Of a stretch of 64,000 bases of DNA, positions 8,415 through 17,010 are shown in pieces. Each line of letters starts with the position of its first letter. Within the stretch, counting starts at the first letter, position 1. Under the pieces are notes generated by a model. It saw only the letters and a program-made list of their open reading frames with translations, was not told where the DNA came from and made no database searches. A program made the translations under genes and the position numbers. The DNA comes from an uncultured Actinomycetes bacterium (GTDB lineage: Bacteria > Actinomycetota > JAICYB01): contig CAVXYW010000001.1 in NCBI GenBank assembly GCA_963766295.1, forward strand, positions 735,196-799,195, given 5' to 3'.

Positions 8415-10203
8415 ATGAGCCAGGGGCTCCAACGATTCCGCCGGCTTGCGCTCGGCACCGCGATCGCAACCCTCGCTCTAACCGGCGTGGGCGGACTGGT
8501 CCGCGGTACCGGGTCCGGTTTGGGCTGCCTGGACGAGTGGCCGAAATGCCGCGGCGGCTGGATCGCACCGATCGAATACCACGCGCTCATCGAATACGCG
8601 CATCGTGCGCTGGCCGGGAATCGTCGTCGTCCTCATCGTTGTGCTTGTTCTTGCAGCTCGTCGCTGGGTAGGGGAGCGACGATCGCTTTTTTACCTCTCG
8701 GCGTCGGCGCTCGTAGTTGTGGTCGCACAAGCTTTGCTCGGCCGTGAAGTTGTTACTTCGGGTCTTCACGCTGCGCTCGTCACCGCGCACTTCTTGCTCG
8801 CGCTGGCACTGGTCGGTTTAGTGACGATCGTTGCTGCGTCCTCGTACTCGTTGGGACAACCAAGCGCTGTCGAAAAGGCGCAGCTCCGTTTAGCGCGAAC
8901 GTCGATCGGCGCAGTCGTTGCGCTCTTGCCGGTGCTCGTGCTCGGAGCTTATGTACGCGAGAAAGGCGCGGGCTCCGCGTTCGGCGACTGGCCGCTCATG
9001 GGCGGCGAGCTGATCCCGTCGTTCGACGCACCAGGGGCCGGCTTGCACTTCGCACATCGGCTTCTAGTGCTGCTGGCATCGGGTCACCTGATCGTTCTTG
9101 CGCTTCGGGCGCGCTCCGACGATCGGCGCGATGTGCGTGTCCTCGGAATCGGCGGGCTGCTTCTCTTCTTTGGACAGGCTCTCGTGGGAGCCGCGAATGT
9201 TTGGACCGGCCTGCAACCGGCCGCTGTCGTCGGACACTCGTCGCTCGCGTATGTGACGTGGGCTGCCTACGTGGCTCTCGTTGTTGTTTCGCGGTACGGC
9301 GCTCAAAGCGGAGGAGGTTCCGCACCGCTGATCCGAAAACCCTTCGCAAGCGTTCGCGCCTACGCGAACCTCACGAAGCCGCGCATCATCATCCTGCTTC
9401 TCGTCACGACGGTTCCGGCGATGGTGCTCGCACAACGCGGCATGCCGCCGCTTTGGTTGATGGGCGCGACTTTGCTCGGCGGGATGATGACGGCCGGCAG
9501 TGCGAACGCTCTTAATCAGTATCTCGAGCGCGACATCGACGAGAAGATGCAACGAACCCGCAAACGCTCCCTTCCATCGCATCTGGTGGATCCAACGCGA
9601 GCACTCATCTTCGCGATCGCTCTCGGCCTCGCCGGGTTCGTTTGGCTGACCGTTGTTGTGAATCTGTTGAGTGCGATCCTTGCCGTGAGCGCGATCGCTT
9701 TCTACGTCCTCGTTTACACACTTCTGCTGAAACGATCGACTCCCCAGAACATCGTCATCGGAGGTGCGGCCGGAGCCGTGCCTGTGCTCGTCGGTTGGGC
9801 CGCCGTAACCGGAACCATCGAAGCACCGGCTTGGGTGATGTTCGCGATCATCTTTCTTTGGACGCCCCCGCATTTCTGGGCTCTCGCGATGCGTTACCGG
9901 GACGACTACGCCGCTGCCGGCGTCCCCATGCTCCCCGTCGTTCGAGGCGATGATGCGACGACGCTGCAGATCTTCCTTTATGCGGTCGTGCTGGTCGTCT
10001 CGACCTTGGTCTTGTCTCCCGTCGGCGGTCTGGGTGTCTTGTATGCGGCCAGTGCAGCGGCTCTTGGCGGAGGGTTCATCTATAAGGCCGTACGTCTCCG
10101 GCTGGCTCCGAGCGCGGCCTCGGCCGTGAAGCTCTTCCGTTACTCGATCACCTACCTTGGCCTGCTGTTCGCAGCGATCGCGGTCGATCGGCTCGTTTGG
10201 TGA
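8415..10203 (+). pseudogene. ctaA-ctaB: Heme A synthase (CtaA/Cox15)-heme O synthase (CtaB/CyoE) fusion interrupted by a +1 frameshift near 8619
   Basis: Frame 1: GLGCLDEWPKC...EYAHR. Continuation in the next frame: IVVVL...HFLLA...HFAHR...GHSS, then CtaB motifs LTKPRII, NQYLERDIDEKMQRTRKR, KRSTPQNIVIGG, WTPPHFWAL, DYAAAGVPMLP. May be a sequencing error. Confidence 0.8.
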
Positions 10204-10261
10204 CTTGGTTGAGCGCACCTTCCTGTGTTGTCATGCTTCCGGTCTGATGGAGTCCTTTCTG

Positions 10262-10993
10262 ATGAAGTCTTGGCGACGCCTTCGTTGGCTCATCCCGGCC
10301 GGCTTTCTGCTGGCGACTGTGGCATGCGGTAAAACTCCGGAAACTACCGAGCAAGCGCGTGGCGTCCTTTCGGGAGTGAACATCGTGCTCGCGATGACCG
10401 TCGTCCTCGTGGTCATCGCCGGCGGACTTTTGATCGGTGCGTTCGGGTTCGATCGGTTCGTGCGGTCGCGCAAACGGCTCGCCGAAGTGCCCGCGGAACC
10501 GGAGGAGGAAGGCGACGAGGTCGTGGCCGGTATCACAGTCGGTCGGGCAGGCGTTCCGCGCTGGCTGTACGCGTTCTACGTCCTCATCCCGGTCTTCGCG
10601 ATGCTTTACGTTTTCACGAACATCCCGATCGAAGCCGACGAAGCTGGCGCTGAACCGACTGCAACGCCGCAGGGCCCATGCACCGAGTGCACGATCGTCG
10701 CCAGCGGAATCGCTTTCGACCTCGATGAGATCATCGCTCCAGCGGCGACCGACATCACCGTGACATTCGATAACCAGGACACCGGAGTGCCGCACGACTT
10801 CACGGTTTGGGAATCGGAGGCGGCGGCCGGCGCGGGTGGCGACGCCGGCCAGATCGCGACCAGCGGGACGATCAACGGAGGTGTCAGCAAAGACGTCACC
10901 TTCAATTCCGACGGCGCGGGCGAGTATTACTTCAACTGCACCATCCACCCGCCGTCGATGAACGGCACCTTCGAAGTCGTCGCGGAAGGCTGA
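10262..10993 (+). CDS. Membrane lipoprotein with CcoP/FixP N-terminal-like segment and C-terminal type-1 copper cupredoxin domain
   Basis: GGAG SD before ATG 10262; lipobox-like LATVAC; two TM; GITVGRAGVPRWL; cupredoxin ligands PHDF...CTIHPPSM. Confidence 0.75.
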   Translation: MKSWRRLRWLIPAGFLLATVACGKTPETTEQARGVLSGVNIVLAMTVVLVVIAGGLLIGAFGFDRFVRSRKRLAEVPAEPEEEGDEVVAGITVGRAGVPRWLYAFYVLIPVFAMLYVFTNIPIEADEAGAEPTATPQGPCTECTIVASGIAFDLDEIIAPAATDITVTFDNQDTGVPHDFTVWESEAAAGAGGDAGQIATSGTINGGVSKDVTFNSDGAGEYYFNCTIHPPSMNGTFEVVAEG

Positions 10994-11007
10994 TTCTTTA
11001 GCGGCCG

Positions 11008-11013
11008 TAGACT
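11008..11013 (+). promoter_or_regulatory. -10 element of an apparently leaderless gene
   Basis: TAGACT followed by 6 nt, then the GTG start at 11020; no SD. Confidence 0.5.
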
Positions 11014-11019
11014 CAGGTT

Positions 11020-12267
11020 GTGTCCTATGACCTGATCGTCGCCGGTGGTGGTCCCGCAGGTTCCTCCGCAGCGTGGCGTGCTGCAAGCTCCGGTGCCCGC
11101 GTTCTCATTGTCGACAAAGCCGAGTTCCCACGCGACAAGCCTTGCGGTGATGGGCTGACCCCGCGCGCCGTCGCCTCGATAGACGCTATCGGTCTTGGCA
11201 ACGAGCTCAAACGTTTCAACCGCGTGGACAAGCTTCGGATCCACGGCGCCGGTCGCACATTAACCTTCGATTGGCCGGGCTCGGACTCGTTCCCCGATCA
11301 CGGCTATGTGATCGCGCGAACCGATCTGGACGAGATGATGCTCCGCCATGCGGTGGCAGCGGGTGCAGAAGTGCGTGAAAAGACTGCAGCGGTTGCACCG
11401 ATCGTAGAGAACGGTTCAGTGCGCGGCGTGACCGTTAAGCACAACGGCGCAACCGAAGAATTGCAGGCTCCAGTGGTTGTCGCAGCCGACGGAGCATCGT
11501 CGGTGATCGGGCGTGCGCTGGGGATGGTGGCCGATCCCAAGCGTCCGATGGCTGCTGCGATGCGTGCGCACTTCGAAGCCAAGCGCCCGGTCGCAGACGA
11601 CGGCGTCATCGAGAGCCATCTGGAATTGCGCGACGGCGACTCGCTGCTTCCCGGCTACGGATGGATCTTTCCGATGGGTGAGGGACGAATCAATGTCGGC
11701 GTTGGAGTGCTGTCCACCTACAAAGGCTGGCGCGAAGTGAACAACGCACACTTGATGGAAGTTTTCCTGCGAGCGCTTCCCAAAGATTGGGAACTGCCGG
11801 ATCTGTCTGCGTTGCGTGAAAGCGGACAGCTCAAGGGCTGGCGCCTTCCGATGGGTCTTTCCGTGTGGCCGCCGTGGCGCCCCGGTGCGATCGCCTGCGG
11901 TGACGCCGCCGGCGTCATCAATCCGTTCAACGGTGAAGGGATCTCCGAGGCCGTTGAGTCCGGAGTGATCGGCGCCGAGGTCGCATTGGCTGCGATGGAT
12001 CATCGGGGGCCAACAGATCTGTCCGTTTACGCGGAGCGTCTCGACGATCAATGGGGGCCGTATTACAGGCTGGCCCGAACATTCGTGAAGCTCATCGGAC
12101 GCCCGCGCATCATGCGCGCCCTCACGGTTTTCGGCATGCGCGTCCCGCCGGTCATGGAGTTCGCCTTCAAGATGCTCGCCAACCTCTATCACGAGCAGGG
12201 CGGAGCCAAGGGCGACGCTCTGGTTCGCGCCATGCTGCGGGGCGCGACCGTGATCAAGGTCGGCTAG
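11020..12267 (+). CDS. menJ: Geranylgeranyl reductase family flavoprotein, probable menaquinone reductase MenJ
   Basis: GGGPAG FAD motif, RDKPCGDG, GYGWIFP, GDAAGVINPFNGEGI; sits just upstream of nuoA as in other actinobacteria. Confidence 0.8.
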   Translation: MSYDLIVAGGGPAGSSAAWRAASSGARVLIVDKAEFPRDKPCGDGLTPRAVASIDAIGLGNELKRFNRVDKLRIHGAGRTLTFDWPGSDSFPDHGYVIARTDLDEMMLRHAVAAGAEVREKTAAVAPIVENGSVRGVTVKHNGATEELQAPVVVAADGASSVIGRALGMVADPKRPMAAAMRAHFEAKRPVADDGVIESHLELRDGDSLLPGYGWIFPMGEGRINVGVGVLSTYKGWREVNNAHLMEVFLRALPKDWELPDLSALRESGQLKGWRLPMGLSVWPPWRPGAIACGDAAGVINPFNGEGISEAVESGVIGAEVALAAMDHRGPTDLSVYAERLDDQWGPYYRLARTFVKLIGRPRIMRALTVFGMRVPPVMEFAFKMLANLYHEQGGAKGDALVRAMLRGATVIKVG

Positions 12268-12281
12268 CCCCGACCTCCGCG

Positions 12282-12310
12282 TTGACCAACAGAGGCATGG
12301 CGTCTATGCT
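12282..12310 (+). promoter_or_regulatory. Housekeeping sigma-70 promoter of nuo operon 1
   Basis: TTGACC-N17-TATGCT. Confidence 0.7.
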
Positions 12311-12328
12311 TTGTGAACAGAATCACAA
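12311..12328. promoter_or_regulatory. Rex-type (or CRP-type) operator
   Basis: TTGTGAACAGAATCACAA: one mismatch to Rex TTGTGAA-N4-TTCACAA and an exact TGTGA-N6-TCACA; directly after the -10 box. Confidence 0.7.
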
Positions 12329-12458
12329 AGTAGGCGGACGGTCGAGAAGGCCGCGAGGAGGACGGGCCCGATGACGGCACCTGACCCGCAGCTCACCTCG
12401 GTGGTTGCCCCGCCTTTCGGGCCGCAACTACCTTGGGGGCTCGACTAAAGGGGGGTCC

Positions 12459-12815
12459 TTGCTCGCCAGCTACCTGCCCATCGCTTTCATGCTCGGTTTG
12501 GCGGGCGCCTTTGCCGTTGTATCGGTGGCCGCTTCGCGGGCCATCTCGCCCAAGGACCCAACGCCGCAGAAGCTCATGCCTTACGAGTGCGGCATAACCG
12601 ATATCGATCCCCAGGTCGAGCGATTTCCCGTCCGCTTCTACCTGGTCGCGATGCTGTTCGTGATCTTCGACGTCGAGGTGATCTTGTTCTTCCCGTGGGC
12701 CGTTAGTTTCCGAGCCTTCCCGACTTACTCATTGATCGCGATGAGCGTCTTCATCTTCATGCTGCTCGTGGCTTTCGTGTACGAGTGGCGAAACGGAGGT
12801 TTGGAGTGGGACTAG
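12459..12815 (+). CDS. nuoA: NADH-quinone oxidoreductase subunit A
   Basis: PYECG and [15 protein letters not shown] motifs; TTG start after AAGGGGG. Confidence 0.93.
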   Translation: MLASYLPIAFMLGLAGAFAVVSVAASRAISPKDPTPQKLMPYECGITDIDPQVERFPVRFYLVAMLFVIFDVEVILFFPWAVSFRAFPTYSLIAMSVFIFMLLVAFVYEWRNGGLEWD

Positions 12816-13288
12816 AAGAGCGACTTCCCGCGATTGTCACGACGTCGCTCGAGAAGCTCGTCAACTGGGGACGCAAAAACTCGGTATGGCCCGCGACCTT
12901 CGGGCTTGCGTGCTGCGCCATCGAGATGATGCAGACGGTGGCACCGCGCCACGACCTCTCACGTTTCGGGATGGAGCGCTTCGCCGCATCCCCGCGCCAG
13001 GCCGACTTGATGATCGTCGCCGGACGCGTGTCGCAAAAGATGGCCCCGGTCCTCCGTCAGATCTACGACCAGATGACCGAGCCGAAGTGGGTCATCTCGA
13101 TGGGCGCGTGCGCGTCGTGCGGCGGGATGTTCAACAACTACGCGATTCTCCAAGGCGTCGACCAGATCGTCCCCGTCGACATCTACGTGCCCGGATGTCC
13201 TCCGACTCCCGAGATCTTGATGGCCGGGATCTTCCAGCTGCACAGGCAGATCCAAAAAGAGCCACTCAAGCTCGGAAGCGCGCGGTAA
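12806..13288 (+). CDS. nuoB: NADH-quinone oxidoreductase subunit B
   Basis: [32 protein letters not shown] (N2 ligands). Confidence 0.95.
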   Translation: MGLEERLPAIVTTSLEKLVNWGRKNSVWPATFGLACCAIEMMQTVAPRHDLSRFGMERFAASPRQADLMIVAGRVSQKMAPVLRQIYDQMTEPKWVISMGACASCGGMFNNYAILQGVDQIVPVDIYVPGCPPTPEILMAGIFQLHRQIQKEPLKLGSAR

Positions 13289-13297
13289 GGCGGAGAA

Positions 13298-13963
13298 GTG
13301 GAACGGCTGAAAGAGCTGGCCGACCAAGTTAGTGAACGTTTTCCCGAATCGTCGGTGTCCACAGAGGACGCTCCGGACATGGCCATCCTTGCCTGCTCGC
13401 CCGATCACGTGACGGACGTCTTGAGAACAGCGCGCGACGACTTCGGCTTCGAGATGCTGACCGACGTCAGCTGTGTCGACTGGCTCCCGCGCGAGCCGCG
13501 CTTTGACGTCAACTACCACCTGCTCTCGCTCGATCGCATGGAACGTCTGCGAGTCAAAGTGCGAATAGCCGATTCCGACGAGCCGACGGTTCCGAGCGCC
13601 GTCCCTGTTTATCCCGGCGCGAACTGGCACGAGCGGGAGGTGTTCGACTTCTTCGGGATCTCCTTCGCCGGCCACCCGAACCTTCGCCGCATCCTCATGC
13701 CGGACGAGTGGATAGGACATCCGCTGCGCAAGGACTATCCGGTCGGCGGCGTTCCGGTTGAGTACAGGATCGAGCCGGCTTACGTAGGCGAGAACGTCGT
13801 CCCCGCCGACAGCCGACCGGCGGCCGGCGGCGTTCCTGCGCGATTGCGGCGCGACCGCGGACGCATGTCACACATGACGTGGACGGGTCCGCCCGCAACT
13901 GGTGTCAAGCGACGGGAACCGGACGAACCCGCCGCTCCTTCCGAGGAAGGAAAAGAAGAGTGA
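13298..13963 (+). CDS. nuoC: NADH-quinone oxidoreductase subunit C
   Basis: ANWHEREVFDFFGI and GHPLRKDYP; about 60-aa C-terminal extension. Confidence 0.93.
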   Translation: MERLKELADQVSERFPESSVSTEDAPDMAILACSPDHVTDVLRTARDDFGFEMLTDVSCVDWLPREPRFDVNYHLLSLDRMERLRVKVRIADSDEPTVPSAVPVYPGANWHEREVFDFFGISFAGHPNLRRILMPDEWIGHPLRKDYPVGGVPVEYRIEPAYVGENVVPADSRPAAGGVPARLRRDRGRMSHMTWTGPPATGVKRREPDEPAAPSEEGKEE

Positions 13964-15180
13964 GCGACGTCCAAACGACGATGCCCGACACATCCGAGGT
14001 ACGGGATCTCTGGGTCGAGGACGAAACGATGCGGGTCAACATGGGCCCGCAACATCCGTCGACGCACGGAGTGCTTCGTCTGCGTGTCGAGATCGCCGGC
14101 GAAACGATCGTGGCGATCGAGCCGATCATCGGCTACCTGCACACGGGCATCGAGAAACAGGCCGAAACACTCAACTGGATCCAGGTCGTAACCGACGTCA
14201 CTCGTGCCGACTATCTGTCGCCCTTCTACAACGAACTCGCCTATGCGCTCGCCGTCGAGAAGCTCGTCGGAGTCGATGTGCCCGCGCGTGCTCAGTGGAT
14301 CCGCATCTTGATGTGCGAGCTGAACCGCATCTCCTCGCATCTGGTATGGCTGGCGACCGGCGGGCTCGAGCTCGGCGCCCTGTCCATGGCCACGTTCGCG
14401 TTCCGCGAACGCGAGATGATCCTCGATCTGTACCAAGCCGTGACCGGCTTGCGCATGAATCACGCGTACATCCGTCCCGGCGGAGTGAACATGGACTTCC
14501 GTCCCGAGCATTACGGGATGATCCGCGAGCTGCTCGATCTGCTTCCGAAGCGCTTCGACGAATACGAGAACTTCCTGTCCGCCAATCCCATCTGGATTCG
14601 CCGTAACAAAGGCATCGGGATTCTCAAGCCGGAGGATGCGATAGGGCTTGGTGTTACCGGTCCGAACCTTCGTGCATCCGGCGTCGCGCACGACCTGCGC
14701 AAGAAGTCCAACTATCTCCCGTACGACCAGTTCGACTTCGAGGTCCCAACCGGCAGGACCGGAGATTGCTACGACCGATACATCGTGCGCATGAAAGAGA
14801 TGCGCGAGTCGGCGAAGATCGCGAGCCAAGCACTGGAAGGACTACCCGAGGGTGAGTTCCGTGCTGCGGGCAAGCTCGTGCCTCCGCCGCGCAACAGACT
14901 CCCGGTTTCGATGGAGGCGGTGATCCACCACTTCAAGCTCTTCACCGAAGGTCCGCATGTGCCCGCCGGAGAGGTCTACTCCGCCGTTGAGAGCCCGCGC
15001 GGCGAGCTCGCGCACTTCGTCGTGTCGGACGGACGAGGCAGGCCCTGGCGTTTGCACATCCGCGGGCCGTCATTCACAAACCTCCAAGTGGTTGAGCTAA
15101 TCGCCCCCGGTTCGCTATTGGCCGACCTGATTGCGATCCTCGCGTCGATCGATCCACTAATGGGAGACGTCGACAGGTGA
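13960..15180 (+). CDS. nuoD: NADH-quinone oxidoreductase subunit D
   Basis: NMGPQHPSTHGVLRL, GYLHTGIEK, RADY, ESPRGE, C-terminal GDVDR. Confidence 0.95.
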   Translation: MSDVQTTMPDTSEVRDLWVEDETMRVNMGPQHPSTHGVLRLRVEIAGETIVAIEPIIGYLHTGIEKQAETLNWIQVVTDVTRADYLSPFYNELAYALAVEKLVGVDVPARAQWIRILMCELNRISSHLVWLATGGLELGALSMATFAFREREMILDLYQAVTGLRMNHAYIRPGGVNMDFRPEHYGMIRELLDLLPKRFDEYENFLSANPIWIRRNKGIGILKPEDAIGLGVTGPNLRASGVAHDLRKKSNYLPYDQFDFEVPTGRTGDCYDRYIVRMKEMRESAKIASQALEGLPEGEFRAAGKLVPPPRNRLPVSMEAVIHHFKLFTEGPHVPAGEVYSAVESPRGELAHFVVSDGRGRPWRLHIRGPSFTNLQVVELIAPGSLLADLIAILASIDPLMGDVDR

Positions 15181-15725
15181 ACGAACGCGTTCTGTCGGAA
15201 GCCTTCTACACGCACGCCGCCGAGGTGATCTCTCAGTATCCCGTCGCGCGGTCGGCGCTCATAATGCTGCTGCACGACGCGCAGGACGAGGTTGGATACA
15301 TCACCGACGACGTCATCCGTGAGGTTGGAGATCTGATGGGTCTGAGCTCGGCCGACGTTGCCGGCGTGGTGACCTTCTACACGATGTTCAAGCGCAAGCA
15401 CCCCGGGACGTACTTGATCTCGCTTTGCACCGAACCCGGCTGCGCGATGTTCGGCGCGGACGAAACTGCCGACAAATTGCGCGAGCTCGTCGGACCGGAG
15501 CGTGAGACGACATCCGATGGTTTGATGTCGTGGGAGCAGGTGGAATGTCTGGCGTTCTGCGGTGCCGCTCCTGCGGCACAGGTGAACTACCGAGACGTCC
15601 CCAACTTCACGTCCGAGCGTTCGATCCGGCTGTGCGAAGCGTTGCGCGGCGGACGGGAGCTCTCCGACGTCATCGAGGAGCTCCGCGCCGACGCGAAACT
15701 GCCGGAGGTAACGGCGGATGCCTGA
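15177..15725 (+). CDS. nuoE: NADH-quinone oxidoreductase subunit E
   Basis: VTFYTMF and 2Fe-2S ligands C-x4-C...C-x3-C (CTEPGC...CLAFC). Confidence 0.92.
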   Translation: MNERVLSEAFYTHAAEVISQYPVARSALIMLLHDAQDEVGYITDDVIREVGDLMGLSSADVAGVVTFYTMFKRKHPGTYLISLCTEPGCAMFGADETADKLRELVGPERETTSDGLMSWEQVECLAFCGAAPAAQVNYRDVPNFTSERSIRLCEALRGGRELSDVIEELRADAKLPEVTADA

Positions 15726-17010
15726 GACCTCCGAGATCATCTTCAAGCGGCGAGGCCATCCGCAGAGTTATTCGATCGAGCACTACCTCGACACCGAAGG
15801 CTACGAAGGTCTGCGCAAGGCCGTCACCGAGATGACTCCCCAGGAGGTCATCGACACGATCGACGCGTCCGGCCTGCGAGGCCGCGGTGGCGCAGGCTTC
15901 CCAACGGGACGTAAATGGTCGTTCATCCCGAAGGACTCACCCAAGCCGCGTTACGTCGTCGCCAACTGCGACGAAGGGGAGCCGGGCGCGTGGCACGACC
16001 GCGAGATGATGGAGACGGACCCGCACGCACTCCTCGAAGGACTGGCGATTGCTTCGTACGCCATAGGCGGAAAGAAAGCCTTCATCTACTGCCGCGGTGA
16101 GTTCATTCTCGCGCATGAGCGATTGGAGCAAGCCATCCGCGACGCCTACGGCCGGGGTTTCCTCGGCGAGAACATCTTCGACACCGACTTCTCATGCGAC
16201 ATCGTTCTGCATAGAGGAGCGGGCGGCTACATCTGCGGAGAAGAGACGGCACTCTTGGAATCGCTTGAGGGTTACCGCGGGATGCCGCGCTCCCGGCCCC
16301 CATTCCCGGCGGTCGAGGGGCTTTATGCATCGCCGACGGTGGTCAACAACACACAAACGCTCATGAACGCCGGCCCTATCATCCGCAACGGCGTCGAGTG
16401 GTTCCGCCAGTGGGGGACCGAAAAATCACCCGGTACTGCTGTCGTAAGCGTCTCGGGTGCCGTGCGCGCACCGCGAAACATCGAGGTCCCGATGGGGACG
16501 ACGGTGCGCGAGTGCATCGAGCTTGCAGGCGGCGTCGACGACCGCGGGATGAAAGCGTTCTGTCCCGGTGGTTCGTCCACTCCGATGCTAATCGAGGAAC
16601 ACCTCGACACCGGAATGGACTACGAGTCGTTGCCGGCCGTCGGCTCGGTTCTCGGTGCGACCGCGATCATCGTTATCCCCAAGACGATGTGCATCGTCCG
16701 GGCCGTCGCGCGATGGATGATCTTTTACGAGCACGAGTCCTGCGGCAAGTGCACACCGTGCCGTGAGGGCACGAGCTGGCTCGCTCAGGTTCTCGAGCGG
16801 ATGGAGCAAGGACACGGCACGAGCCGAGACCTCGCTCTTCTCGAAAACGTGAGCAAGAACATGGCAGGCAAGACGCTGTGTGCACTGGCCGACTTTGCAG
16901 CGGGACCGGTGTTGTCGTCCCTCAAGTACTTCTTCGAAGAGTACGAAGAGCACGTCCGGCTCGGTGCTTGTCCGATGAAGCACGAGCCGGCGATGGCGGC
17001 CTCCCAATGA
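15718..17010 (+). CDS. nuoF: NADH-quinone oxidoreductase subunit F
   Basis: SGLRGRGGAGFPTG, DEGEPG, YICGEETAL, ESCGKCTPCREG...C. Confidence 0.95.
   Translation: MPETSEIIFKRRGHPQSYSIEHYLDTEGYEGLRKAVTEMTPQEVIDTIDASGLRGRGGAGFPTGRKWSFIPKDSPKPRYVVANCDEGEPGAWHDREMMETDPHALLEGLAIASYAIGGKKAFIYCRGEFILAHERLEQAIRDAYGRGFLGENIFDTDFSCDIVLHRGAGGYICGEETALLESLEGYRGMPRSRPPFPAVEGLYASPTVVNNTQTLMNAGPIIRNGVEWFRQWGTEKSPGTAVVSVSGAVRAPRNIEVPMGTTVRECIELAGGVDDRGMKAFCPGGSSTPMLIEEHLDTGMDYESLPAVGSVLGATAIIVIPKTMCIVRAVARWMIFYEHESCGKCTPCREGTSWLAQVLERMEQGHGTSRDLALLENVSKNMAGKTLCALADFAAGPVLSSLKYFFEEYEEHVRLGACPMKHEPAMAASQ

Noticed and set aside
9064-10218. Long antisense or alternative-frame ORFs (also 22329..23747, 22399..23619, 25736..27034, 32518..33828, 48592..50277)
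   Set aside because: They shadow well-supported genes, are Arg/Gly-rich without motifs, and are expected in high-GC DNA.
10677-10692. CTEC in the cupredoxin protein as a heme c site
   Set aside because: Followed by Thr, not His; more likely a disulfide.
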